Assembly (NCBI GenBank): GCA_973895155.1
Contig: OZ316898.1
Span: 17,784,752-17,848,751, forward strand
Source of the DNA: Marsupella aquatica
Lineage: Eukaryota > Plantae > Marchantiophyta
DNA length: 64,000 nt
Reading direction: 5' to 3'
The translations under genes and the position numbers were made by a program. The notes beneath the pieces are model-generated. The model did not search any database and had not been told where the DNA came from. It saw only the letters and a program-made list of their open reading frames with translations. Positions 28,386 to 41,202 of the stretch are shown piece after piece; positions within the stretch are counted from its first letter, which is position 1; the number at the start of each line of letters is the position of its first letter.

Positions 28386-29349
28386 TTGTGTCTGCCAATT
28401 TTTTCCCGGGAATCCATCACTGACCGCGACCTTTGGCAGCGATGTGACGTTTGAGAGGGCCTACTGGAACCCCAGCCCAAACAGTCATTATCATGCCTAA
28501 TACCTGTCCGGAAAAAAGATTATCAGATAAAACTTTCTGGGCATAGGGTTATGGAAATGGTAGCACCTAATAGAAAAGGTTACACACCAGTAACCTTTCT
28601 TCCTGACAGGAATTATGAATGATCCCTCCATAAATATTGTGAGGAGAAAATTGCCCTTCCTGTAATCACAAATTAAAATGTGGCAATGTACGTGTGAGTG
28701 AAAAAATTGACTATTTTTGACTATTTTTTAATTGAGTGAAACAAAATTTAAAATTGGACAAAATTGTATGGTGTGTGAAGAGTTGAACAAAGCTCTAGGT
28801 GGGGAAAAAAGTAACCAACAAAATCTTTTGCTGCCAGGTTGAGTGAAGTTTGTGGGAGTTTGGAGTCAACCTTTTAATCTTGCTTTGAGCTGGAGCTCAA
28901 AGTGGCATGTCTTCAAAAAATTACAATAATGGAGCTCATATAGATTTTTTGCACCCTTGAATCCAGGACTGTTGGGGAGGTTGCAAGCTGTCTTAATGCT
29001 AACCGTGGCTCAAGCTTAGAAGACCTCTGGTCCTTGAAACCTTGACAATTTTGTGGTGACACAAGCTCAGCCATGGGGATCAATGCATGGCCAGGTTTGC
29101 AATAAAGTCCAGGAAAATTTTGAATACCTTCAAGCATTTGCAGATTTTGCATTTACATGACTTCACTGGAGTCTTGTACACAAATTGTGGCCAAGTACAT
29201 ACTAGTGCTAGTGAGTCCAATTCTTCCATATTTGAGAAATTTCTCTTGGTTTTTCCTAAATATTCCTATTGGTTCTCACAATACAACATGAGCAGCGAGT
29301 GAATACAATGAAAGGGCACCTAGAACTTCAAATCTAAATTACTTAGTCT

Positions 29350-29692
29350 TGTTGGGTAAAAACTGTGACAAAACAACCACGAGAACAATTAACAAATGTG
29401 CACACACCGACACCAAGAGATATGTGGTTCACCTTCATCAAGGCTACGTCCACGAGGATACACGAGAGCTTTAATAAACTTTGGCCACCATGGCCACACA
29501 AAGCCTCCTCGCACAAGCTTTCCTCCTAGGTGCTTGGTGCTCCCTCAACAATGAGCATGAGTCTCCAAGAGGAGCTCTCCCTAGCCCCTCTACATGCTGG
29601 ATGCAAGAGTCGTGGCTAATTGCCATTAACGCCCTATGGCGGTTTAGACTAAGTATCAAGAAACTAACCCAAGACTAGAGTTAACCCTAACA
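29350..29692. mobile_element. Solo LTR (343 bp)
   Basis: TG...CA ends, perfect 5-bp TSD AGTCT (29345-29349, 29693-29697), and internal motifs shared with LTR 1724-2066. Confidence 0.9.
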
Positions 29693-30844
29693 AGTCTTAA
29701 ACTTGCTTGGCAAGCGTCAAGTTTCAATTAGCCAGTCTTGCTCTGAAACTATCCAAAGATTTTCCAATTTAAAATATTTTATGCACAATCGCCAAAGGAA
29801 TCTAGTTATGATGGCATTTATCAACAGGAGATAAGTGGTCATATGGAGAAGTTACCTTGTCAACTACTGGGCACCTATCAGTCTTCTTCTTGTCTTTGCC
29901 GTCTTTGGATTTACCTCGGGCTCGACCCCATGACAAACCAACACCAATTGAAGACAATTACAAGGTATATTTTCAAGATATTCCAACTAGGTTAGATTAT
30001 TCTCTGTAGGTGTGAAAAAATAGACAATATTTGGGTAGTTATATAACTACCTTTCTTTTTTACAGGATTACAGTTTCATTAGAGTGAAACACTCTTTTAT
30101 GTAATAAATTGTTTTTATTTTATCTCTAAAAAATAACAAAAGTAAGTAAGCAGTTACTTCAGTTACTTGTTAAAAAAAAACATCTGGTCCTTTGTGTTTT
30201 TGTTTTCTTCACACCTACTGTTTTTGGCATGGCAACCAAATTGCTTCTCCCAAATTGGTGCAACCAAGAAGGCGGTAGTCATTTAGATTCCCAACAAAGA
30301 CTAGTAATGTTTGTTGGGCATCATGATGACATGGCGCGCTGTGGTGCCTGGAATTGTGGAAAGGACCCCTAGTGGGGGAGTAACTTGCCCGCCCAAATAT
30401 CACACATCAAAATACAAAATACAGAAGTATAAGTCTCACCGATTTACACATCAAAATGTTATAGTATATGTGTGATAATGTACTTGTGCTCACTAATTTA
30501 AGGAAAATAATGAGGCTTATCATGGTATGGAGTGATGTAGTACACAATTTATGTCATGTTTTGATGTGCAATTACCACTACCCTAGCAAATTGTGAACAA
30601 GTTATGTGAGTGTTGAACAAATGTTACCCGGGACTGTATCTACTCCATTTTGGATGATTCCCCCTAATTTGTGTACCTAATAATGTGGGTTAGTGGTCTT
30701 ACCTAATTCAAAAAGTACCTACTATTCCCACAATGTCTTGCTATGTAACTAATTCTAGAAGTACCTGCTATTCCCACAATGTCTTGCCTGGAAGTAACCT
30801 TCCGTGGACAAAAGTTACCTTAAATCTAGTGAGAAACAAATTCT

Positions 30845-31080
30845 GAACAAATGTTACCAGTGGGAAACTACATCTACTCCATGTTGAATGATTCCTCCAA
30901 ACATCTTGTAACCAACAAATGTTACCTGTGGGAAATTGATTCCAAAAAATCTTGTAACTAACAAATCTTACCTGTGGGAAATTGATTCGGAAAATCTTGG
31001 AACCAACAAATGTTACCTGTGGGAAAATGATTCGTCAACCAATCTTGTAAGGAACAAATGTTATCTGTGGGAACCATTTC
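30845..31080. repeat. Minisatellite AACAAATGTTACCTGTGGGAAA, ~45-bp period
   Basis: About 5 imperfect copies; related copy at ~31650. Confidence 0.75.
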
Positions 31081-31091
31081 CATGTTGCTAT

Positions 31092-31530
31092 GAAAATAAT
31101 GTTCCCATGGACCACAACATTGGTCTTTTGAAACCCCCATGGACCACATTTCCCAAAATTTGAGTTTAATTGTAATAATTTGTTGTTCATAAATTCAAAT
31201 ATATTTTTTAGTTTTGAGCATGTGCTAGAGTAGTAGGTGAGCTACACTTCTATCAAAGTGAAAGGAATTTTTGTCCATTTTGCTTGAGCTATTCAAAATG
31301 GAATGCAGAGGGGTAAGTTCTATTAAATTTATTTTCATTATTTTAATATGAGATATTAGGACTTACTTTTTTTTATGTCTCCTCCTCCTATAGTTGCCTT
31401 GCCGATGAAAAACTAAATTATCTTAAGACCCATAATCATCAAGATATAAGCCCGAAACCTCCATGGACCGCCCAAATGTGGTCCATGGGAGCATGCTGTC
31501 CAACATGAGGTCCATCCGGGCTTTCATTTC
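31092..31530. mobile_element. Mutator-type MITE (439 bp)
   Basis: Perfect 9-bp TSD TGTTGCTAT (31083-31091, 31531-31539). The right end reverse-complemented (GAAATGAAAGCCCGGATGGAC) resembles the large MULE TIR GAACTTAAAGCCCCGATGGAC. Confidence 0.8.
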
Positions 31531-34500
31531 TGTTGCTATTCTCTTATTAAAGGTAGTTAATCCCCTTCATGTAAAGTCAAAATTTGGATGGGTCCCTTAC
31601 AAAACTTCTCCTTTACTGTTACTAAAAATAGTTCCTCCATAAATCTTGTAAGGAACAAATGCTACCTGTCGGAAACCATTTCCTTATTGCTATTCTCGAT
31701 TAATGTCTTTATTCTCTTTGTAATTTTCAAAATTGGAATGGAGAAGAATGCGCAGTCAAAATTTGGATGGGCCCATTACAAAACTTCTCCTCTACTTTTA
31801 CTAAAAATAGTTTTCAAAATTAATTCTTAATCTTTAAGCGTATTAATGTTGCCATGTTGGGATACTAGGCATTATAGACAATAATTGCCAACCTTGAGCT
31901 AAATCCCTAGTTTTTATAGGTGTTATGGGCCCACAATGCAATATATGAACAGAATTTTACCATATACTTGATCTCTGAGCCCCAAATTTATTCCCGGATT
32001 TGTTATCCCTTTCTAATTTCAAACCCTATGTTCCAAACATTCCAAAAATCTTCCCAGCCACCCCTGGTCAGGTTGTTCTTACATGGTTACAGTCTACCAT
32101 GGATAAGTGCTACGTGTATTACTGCATTCCGTGGATAATTGCAGGGTGTTGGTGTCTTCCCCCAAAAATACAGCACATTTCTTTGTAAATGCACCCAAAA
32201 ATGCACCATTTATAAGTGCATCTTGGCGTCACTAAATGACAAGATTCATAACTGCATTCCATCTATAAGTGCTTCCGGTAGACAAGATGCTTTTATTTAT
32301 AAGTGCTGGACATAATTACATAGAGTACTTACAAGTACTTATCCATAATAATGCTGCAAACAAATAGATACAGTACTAAGGTGCACTAAAGCATTTGGGT
32401 AGGGCCTGTACAAGGGTTTAGGGTACGAGAGAGTTATGTGTGACCTGACAGCACAATCACGAGGTTTACACAAGAGAATGTGAAGGAGATCGAGGTTTAG
32501 GACTCATTAAACCACAACTTGCCGTATATAAGGGAAGTGTCCAAGACCACCCCCTTTTTTCCACATTTCAATCACTCTTCTTCTCTAGCATGCCAATTTG
32601 CTCCACAATTTCAGGAAAATCTACTTTTAATGGTAACTATGGGTAACCCACTTTTGAAGGGCAGTTGTGGTTTAAGAGCAACAGTGAACACAGGAAACAA
32701 TGTGTGGCAGCAGACTGATCAAAATCGGGAGCTTCCGTGCATAAGTGCGCCAATCTCGAACGCTGGCACATACCCATAAGTGCATTATATTTATTATATC
32801 ATGCACTTATCATGTAGTGCATACCGTGTATAACTGCAGGCTTGGGGTGTCTTCCCGGGAGCCTGCACTTAGACACGGTAGACTGTACAGCCAAGTAACC
32901 CTCTGCCTAGACCTCGATTATCCTATCCAGAAAGGAAAGACTTGTTCCAACAATAATTATGGCCAAAGTCCTGCCTCACTTGAATGATTCCTGATTCACT
33001 TCCAAGTTCCAACAATAATTACAGTTCACTCTAAGTACACACTCCATAAGTGTAAATCCTGGGCTACCAGGAAGGCATTGTGTTCTTCCCTTTTTCTCTG
33101 CAGAGTTGCACTTTGTGTAAGTGCAAATAGGCCAACTAACTTATGCTAAATGACTACTACATTAGTGCAAAACCTGATAAGTGTAAATGAACACTGATTG
33201 GTAAGCGCATAATTTCATTGACTTTCAATTACTGATAAAGGCATGGCATTTTCCAGAGAGCAAACCTTGCACTTATGGGGTAGGCAATCATTTAGGGTAG
33301 GGATGTACAATTTTGGGTGGGAGCCACAAACTAGAATTTCATTGACAGAGGGGCCATTGCACACGGAGGCACTGTAGCTCTTATTGATGAATGCAAAATT
33401 CCACATTTTTGCACTGATCACTTAGTGCAAACCCACATTAAGTGCACACCCGAGACTTCTTCCCAGGAGTGTACTCTTAGAGAGAGATGAATATATGGCC
33501 AAACTCCCTGCCTAATTCCTCAGTGAATCACTTCAATCTCCATCTAGCTAAAAGTGCATATCACATAGTCAAAGCACAAAAATTGTCAAAACATACAGAC
33601 ACGAGCCCAAACGCAAAAGATCCAATACTGTACATGTTTTTGGTAAATGATTGGGTGAGAGGCCCAACAAGACCACCACTTCCACGAAGCAGATGGGCTA
33701 ACATAAATAGAGCGGTTGAGATAGATTCACTGTCAAAAGTTCTGGTAACTAACTATATTATTAGAGTGTTCCTCAAAGTCTGCCCTAAAACAGACAAGTA
33801 ACTCACCATGTAACTCTGAAAGCCAATTACCTTAAAAGTAGGCATGACAAGGTTTTTTAATTATAGCTCAGGTTGAACTAGCAAAACTGAATATATTATT
33901 GTAGGGCAACAATGTGAATCCCCTCCAATTGATGCTTCCCGTAGCCCCCACCCTAATTGATGCTGCTCCTCTATGCTGCACCTTGATGCTGCTACAAGGT
34001 CCTGATTATTGCTGCTGCTTAGCCCCTTGCCTTGCTGAAGAACAAAGCTAGGTTTAAGAACGATGCTCTGTTGATGGACCTCACTCTGCTGCTCGAAGCT
34101 ATGGATGCCAATAAGGTTCAAAGGGTGACTTAGGCTTTGTCACCCCCATGTTTGTTTTTACTTTTTTGCCCTGTCTTTTATTATGGTGTATTTTAGTTCC
34201 GCTGCCAAAAGTGGACTAACCTTGTGTAATCACTCGATCCTCTTTTCACCCTCTGAACTCATCCTTTTGCGCCCTGTCTTTTATTCTAGTGTATTTTAGT
34301 TCCGCCGCCAAAAGCAGACTCACCATGTGTAATCACTCAACCCTCTTTTTACCCTCTGAACTGAGTGCATTAATAGAGGATTTACAGAAAACTCTATTGT
34401 ATAATTCATATGCATGTTAGTTATGAGTACTCAAATCAAGACTACTTACAAATCAGGAACACCATTTGGCTGTTTGGCCTTGTCTTCTAGGTCTGGGAGG

Positions 34501-34831
34501 AGCCTATTTTATTCTGGAGAAGGTATTCAAAAGTAAAGTACTTTCTTTGCATTCTGCAAGTACTATAATATTTTGCTCACGGCAAAACTCTCAGATCTCA
34601 GATCTGAGTGACGGAGCTGTTCCAAAGGTGTGGGAAATATCTCATAATTTTTTCCCACACGTATTGGATTTGGTAAACAAACCACCAGAGGATGCAAGCA
34701 AGATTTTTTATCAACATCTTTACATATCACACTGCCAAAGAACCAAACTTGTAACAAGATTCCAAAGGAAGACAGCTTTCTAAAGGGGAGAAAACAAGGG
34801 AAAACAACAATGCAAACAACAATGCAATGTT

Positions 34832-37800
34832 TGTTGAGGAATGATGTGGGAAATGATAATGAGATTCCTCTCTATAGAATGAATGGGTGCATCTCTATAT
34901 ATAGTCTCCGTCGAGTTATCTTATACGGTAACTATGGTTAAGGTAACCATGGAGTCTAGTTAGGGTATAACACTCCCCCTTGGCTATATAGTGATAACTA
35001 TGTAGACAAAAAGTCTTCTAACTAGATTATCATGCTTATAAACATGGCATGATTTGAGTACAAATGAGGAAGGTACTGCCTCGTTAAAACCTTTAACAGC
35101 TCTAAAAAACTCTATCAGGGTAACAGTGAAGAAAAAAAATATCTTGGCTCTAAAGGAAAAAGAGTACAGCCCTGTCGGTCCTCAAGTGAATTTGGTGGTA
35201 TGTGGAGTTAACAGCAACAACTCCACTCCGTCAAAATGAACAAGTTGTCGTATGCTCAACGACTCAACAACAACGCGACATGTCTCCAAATTGCTCACCA
35301 TCGCGCATACATCCGCACATACATCCTCACATCGAATACAAATTAAAACATATATGAAAAAATGATTAGTAATTAAGTTATTATCATAAAATCACTTGTC
35401 CGTGGCTCATCTGCGCAAAGTGTAAAGTATAATAATAAATAATGTCATCTCGTGCAACTGAGTGCGTAAAGTATGGGATGTAAAAAGTCCAAAAAATATG
35501 ATCTCCCCTTCAAATCAAGGTTTCGAGGAATATATTATTCTCGTAAAACTCAAATATTGAAACTCTCCCTTAGAGTTCAAGGACTCCTAATTAGATTCTT
35601 AAATAGAGGGTTCTTGTTCAAAATGTACAATTCGCAAGCGTGTGTAGTCGACACACAAAGAAATCTCTCAATCTTAGATTTCAAAAACATGTAGTATCAA
35701 ATAGTTTTTATGTGAAAAATAATCTGCAGCACCAAAGGGTGTGCATTCACAACACCAGCGGGTGTGTGTATAATATGGCACGTCTGCCCTGCACGTCTGC
35801 AGTTCTCATATTTTGACAAAAAGTGTCAAGTCAATATAACTTCACAAATAACCCTGTGGAATCCAAACATTCAGTCGAACGTCCATGTGTGTCATAGCAC
35901 AGAGAAATGCTAGCTCAAAATGATTCGCTATCTTGCGGAGGTAAAGTGATATTCATAAACGTCAAACAACTCCGCATAAAAATAGTTTAGAGCTAGTGAT
36001 AGTCAAAAGATCCCACTTAATGACCAAGTACCAAAATGTACTCATAGTGGGTAAATCAAGTATGATTGGGGTTTGAGAGAATAAACTTTCTCCCCCTAAA
36101 TATGCATTTTATGCATATATTATAGTTGAAAGCTAGAATTAAGTTGGACCGGACAAAGTTATGGGGTTTGCCCATATTAACCCCTCATTACTCATTCTGA
36201 TTTGAGTTTACTTCGGGTTTCTAAATATTCGCAGTTAAACCCCTAAAGGGTTATTGATTATCCGCTTTTGGATATGGCCGGAAACTAAGGTCATGGAACT
36301 AACCTGAAGTACTGTACCTTAGATTATTCTGGATCTTTCGTGAGAAACATATCTGCCATCGATCACTGGATCTCAGAAAATCTATACCTTACCAAAATAC
36401 CTCAAAAACTAGGTCATAGAACATGGTTAAAGGTATGGTATTAGTTCCATACTTAAAAACTATCATCCCACCAAACAATGGCTATAAAAGCTCTCGTTTG
36501 AGTTGTTTATGGTGTAAAGACCATGAGGATAAGACCCTTAAGTAAGATATTGCCCTAATGTAGGGTGTAAATGGGTGTAAACCCATGTCAATTGGTGTAA
36601 AAGTTGTAAATGGTCAATTTACACACAAAAATTGTATGGACCAAAGTTTACTCCCCCTGATGGTGTAAACCAGTGTAAACCAGTGTAAATGCTATAAGCA
36701 AGTGTAATCTGGTGTAACCAGTGTAAACAAGTATAAACCCAATGTAAAGCATGGGATTATACAATGGTAAGACATACACCAGTGTAAAATGGTGTCATGA
36801 GGTATAATCTAGGATGGTATCATTAGGTGTAAACTAGGGGTGTAAAATGGTGTAAAAACCATTTTGTGATTGAAATGGGTGTAATAACCACTTTGTAAAT
36901 GGAAAGTAGAGGTATTTGGTATAAAACCGTTATTTCCAATGTGCAAAGTCAAGTAAGGGTGGTATGACATGTAAATATGTCAAATGCATGTAAAGCATGT
37001 GTTGCACATGTAAGGCATGTTAATGTATGCAAATTCAACAAGTGACATGTAATTTCCCTAAACCAGTTGATGTGTTTACATGTGTAAACTGTGTAAATTG
37101 CTGTGTAAATTTGCAATGTGCACTTATCATTTTCCATTTCATTTGTTTATCCATAAGTGCAAAACATCCGTTGTCAACAAGATTTTCTTTGTTAATATGT
37201 GCATATATGGATAGTTTTTCAAAAATGAAGATTTTGCACTGAAACACATGGGATTCTCTTGTCTTTGGATAAGTGCACCCAAGCATTTGTATTTCAGAAA
37301 CTCTTTACTATACTGTGCATTTAATAAGGGTTGCACTTATCTGGTGTTCGAGTTTTTCTCGAGGATTTTGAGATCGAATGTTGCATGTTTAAGTCACTCA
37401 TGTGTGTCTCTTGAAATCTCAATTGTCGCTTTGGCTCATTCTTTGATTGCGATCAGCTTCTCAGGCTCATTCTTGGACAAGCACAACATTCCATATTTAG
37501 GATTCAGAAAATGCTATCAGATCTGGACCCCACAATGATGATTCGTTTCTTTCGCTGGATGCCATCTCCCGTACGTTCACAACCAAAGCCAAGATGTTCT
37601 TCCTCCATGACATTTGCTTCTATCTTCTCCAATTTGATACGACTGTATCAAATGGCTCTTATTGGAATCTTCATTGAATCAGCAAACGACCAATTCAACA
37701 TCCATGTTTGGCCTCTTGTAATGCCTGTACTTCACTCGATCGTGTGTAATGGGTATTTCCTTTCATCCTTTATGGTTCGCAGATCGACCAACAAGAAACT

Positions 37801-38435
37801 GTCAGCGGTTGAGAAACATTGTGAAATTCAGGGAAAGAGAAGGCACCTGCGTTTGTCCCTTATGAGGTTAGGGTTTTGAAAAATAATCTTATGATCCCGA
37901 TCGGGTCCTGATTTGCTCTCGATCCACCCGGCTTCATTCAAGGCTGTCTCTGTTTGGCTTCCGGTCTCTGCTCTTCTCTTTCTGCCTCTTGTTAAGGTTG
38001 TCAACTCATCGCCTCGAGTGATTTAGGTTGATCTGGCCTGGTTGGGTAGAAGGAAGCAGGGCGGCTGAACTCGATCTCTCTTGCCTCATCCTGTCGATGC
38101 TACATCCTGTCGTTGCTTCAGCGTGACTCATGTTCTCTTGGTGGTTCAAACTACTAGTCTTCTCACTCTCAATTCAATTCTCTTCCATAACTTGGAAATC
38201 CTTAAGAGAACATTCATTCATCATAGCCATAGGGAAATTCCTAAAAAAAAATTCATGATCAAGCTCAGCTGGTCTAGAGTAGTGCTGATAATGTGTTGAG
38301 GAATGATGTGGGAAATGATAATGAGATTCCTCTCTATAGAATGAATGGGTGCATCTCTATATATAGTCTCCTTCCGAGTTATCTTATACGGTAACTATGG
38401 TTAAGGTAACCATGGAGTCTAGTTAGGGTATAACA
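34832..38435 (-). mobile_element. Non-autonomous Bianca-like Copia LTR element (3.6 kb; LTRs 34832-34972 and 38294-38435)
   Basis: Near-identical 141/142-bp TG..CA LTRs and perfect TSD ATGTT. PBS (minus) TTATCAGCAC is the half-tRNA-Met type, PPT is AGGGGGAG, and the 3' motifs TGTACTCTTTTTCCT and GGTTTTAACGAGGCA are ones I associate with Bianca. No intact ORF. Confidence 0.85.
36560..37110. repeat. Degenerate GTGTAAA/ATGTAAA short-motif array inside the Bianca-like element
   Basis: Dense cluster of TGTAA(A) motifs over ~550 bp. Confidence 0.7.
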
Positions 38436-39239
38436 ATGTTACATATAATCAATGTAGCTAGAGATCTGTGGTTTACCTTGTCTTACCTTTGCCCGCAGTT
38501 GAGAGAAAAAATCACTATGCATTAACATTACATCTGTCATAGCCTGACAAGGTAACAAGCTGCCCTATGAGAGTTCCTCTCTTCTCTCCTCCATCTCCAA
38601 CCCCTAAAGATTGATCTCTAGCTAGTATGAGCAGAATCACAAGGGTATACCCCCTTTGCTAACCTAAGCAGTCACTAGAGTTAAGTACAATTACATCCCC
38701 ACTTAACTCTAGTCCTGCTTTAAATACTTAGCAAGTTTACTTCTGTTCTAACTCCATATGTATCTCCATAGGAAACTTGAGAAAGGAAGCTCCCCCTTTT
38801 AACTATAGTCACCTAGAATTAAGACACAGTTCACAAACCATCATATGGAGCATAAATATATATAGAAGATAACCAATTAACTGTAGAGGTTACTAACTAG
38901 TTCTTTGTAGAATCTGTAGTGACTTATAAAATCACTAAGTTGTGGAATCACTTTGGTCAACATATGAGCCAAATTGTTTGTCAAATGGATTTGTTTTTCA
39001 GACACTACCTACCTGAGATAAAATAGAACCTAATATAAAAGTGCTTCACCTTGCCATGCTTCACCTAATTAGACACAATGTGAATAGCACTTTTTTTGTC
39101 AGTGTAAATTCATCCAATTGTGAAATCCCCAAATCTTGGACCAACTTGTCTAGCTAATTGCATAGTCTGAGTCCACATATCCAACAAGAGAGATGTATGG
39201 CATTATAGGAATGTGCATCAAACAGTAAACCAACTTCAT

Positions 39240-39592
39240 TGTTAACGTTGCCTCTTAGTTTTGGGTTACCCATGGTCAGTCTAACCACAGCAAGGGCCTT
39301 CACCATGGTTTGACTTGCCTAGTGCTTGCCTAATAGAGCAGCTGGAGAGAGCTCCTTGTTGAGACTCATGATCATTTGTAAGAGAGCAAGCTAGGTGCTA
39401 GGTGAGCAAGAGACCCGCAAGAAAGGTACTTGTACTTGGACGCTTGGGGTGGCTATGGTGGCCGGGATGGTGGCCAAAGCTTATTCTAACTCTTGTCTTC
39501 TTGTGGACATAGCCTTGACTAAGGTGAACCATGTATCTATGGAATTGATGGAATTTGTGTCGTTGGTTTCTCGTGTTGTTGGGTTCTCAACA
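39240..39592. mobile_element. Solo LTR related to 1724/29350 but in opposite orientation, inserted in the Copia remnant
   Basis: TG...CA ends, TSD TTCAT/TTCAG (4/5 match), and GTGGACATAGCC...AGGTGAACCA, the reverse complement of the family motif. Confidence 0.75.
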
Positions 39593-40535
39593 TTCAGATG
39601 CGCAATGCAAATACCTCAGAATCTACTTAATCCTTTTCCAATGTACCTTCCCTAGATTGATCATGTACCTACTTACCCCAATCCCACAACATATGGTAGG
39701 TTTGGTGTGGTATATACATCAAACTACGTACCCATTGTGCTATCATAGACTATCTTGGATATTAGCCCCTTCTCAATCTCACCTATGAGACAAATTGCAG
39801 CAAAAAGCTTGAAATGTGGTGGTTGAGGAGGACTCACTGCCTTAGCACTTGCCAGGCCAACTTTGCAAGAACTTTCTTAGTGTACTTACTTTGCATCACT
39901 CACAATTTCCCTTGCTTTCTCTCCCTGTGGATCTATATCCTAGGATGTCTACATCCCAAGAATGCACATGGCTGGTCCTAGGTCATACTAAACTCAACAG
40001 TGAATCGAGCCTTGTCTAGTGACTTTTGACATATCCTTGGCGGGATCATTAGCAACAATGAGCATGTCATCCACAAAAAGCGCCATCTAGAATAGTAAAA
40101 CCCACAATCACATTCTTCACATTCTTCATGTAGACACAACAATCTTACTTACTCCCTGGGGAATTTTGTTTGAGTCCATGTAGAGTCTACAATAGCTTGC
40201 AAAGCAGATATTCCTTGCCCTTCACCACAAAAAGTTGTGGCTGTTGCATGAAAATCAATACATTATGTAATCCATACAAGAATACCCTGACTACATCCAT
40301 CAGGTCCATGCACAATTAATCAAACAAGATAACAAGTGCCATAACCAACCACAAAGTAACCGTGAATTGCTATTACCAAAGAGAAAACTTCCTTATAATC
40401 CACACCTTTCCTTGGCATGAATCCCATGGCCACCAATGTGTCATTCACTAGGCAAAACTAAACCCTAAGGGTTTTCAAGCTATGTATCTCCTAAGGAGAT
40501 GGAAGATTCAATACATGATTGAAGAGGCCGACACC

Positions 40536-41202
40536 ACCCCGAGTTAAATCTACATCACGTTAATGCTCCCCCACTTCCCCGGGGCGCCGTACACTGCCCG
40601 TCCCAGTCCCCGATGTTGCTGCCCTCTCCGGCCCAAGTTTGGCAGAACATAAACCAATACTCTACCATTTTGTCAAACGCTCCGACCCGATAAACTTTGG
40701 GTCATCGACTTTGGGTTTATGTTTTGGCACCTTCGCTTGCTCCGGCCTGACGACTTAAGTTTGTGTCATCGATTTATTCCTTATGGAGTCTTGGTTTATG
40801 TTCTGGCAACACTTCTTTCCAACAGAGTCTAAGTGTTCAGGGCAAACCTAGTACTTTGGTTAAGAGTCATGATTTATAAAGTCTTGGTTTATGGTGTGCC
40901 AAATACTTATTCTCTATGGACTGGTGGTTTATGTTTTGGCAACACTTCTTCCAAAAAGTTGATGGCACAAAGTCAATCGGGCCGGAGCGGCCGACAAAAC
41001 GTTTTGGGTGCCAAAACATAAACCTGAAGTCGATGACGCAAAGTTAATCGGGCCGGAGCGCATGATTTAATTGTAGAGTATTGGTTTATGTTCTGCCAAA
41101 CTTGGGCCGGAGCGGGCAGCAGCATCGGGGACTGGGACGGGCAGTGTACGGTGCACCAAAAAAGTGGGGGAGCATTAACTTGACGTAGATTTAACTCAGG
41201 GT
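40536..41202. mobile_element. Fold-back DNA element / MITE with ~190-bp TIRs and 8-bp TSD
   Basis: ACCCCGAGTTAAATCTAC... is inverted relative to ...GTAGATTTAACTCAGGGT. Flanks CCGACACC / CAGACACC (7/8). Internal GGTTTATGTT(T/C)TGGCA repeats. Confidence 0.8.

Larger units (their letters stand above)
34750..40440 (-). mobile_element. Degenerate Ty1/Copia 3' half (RT and RNase H remnants, PPT, 3' LTR 34750-38695 split by a nested insertion)
   Basis: Minus-strand remnants GVDYKEVFS, IFMQQP, LHGLKQ, DCCVY, LFVDDMLI (RT) and KVKHFYIRFYFI, LTKV (RNase H). PPT-like TCCCCC lies next to an LTR bounded TGTAA...TTACA. Confidence 0.75.

Noticed and set aside
33540-34130. Possible spliced gene or transposase fragment on the minus strand
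   Set aside because: Splice-like sites exist, but all frames contain stops and no family was recognisable.
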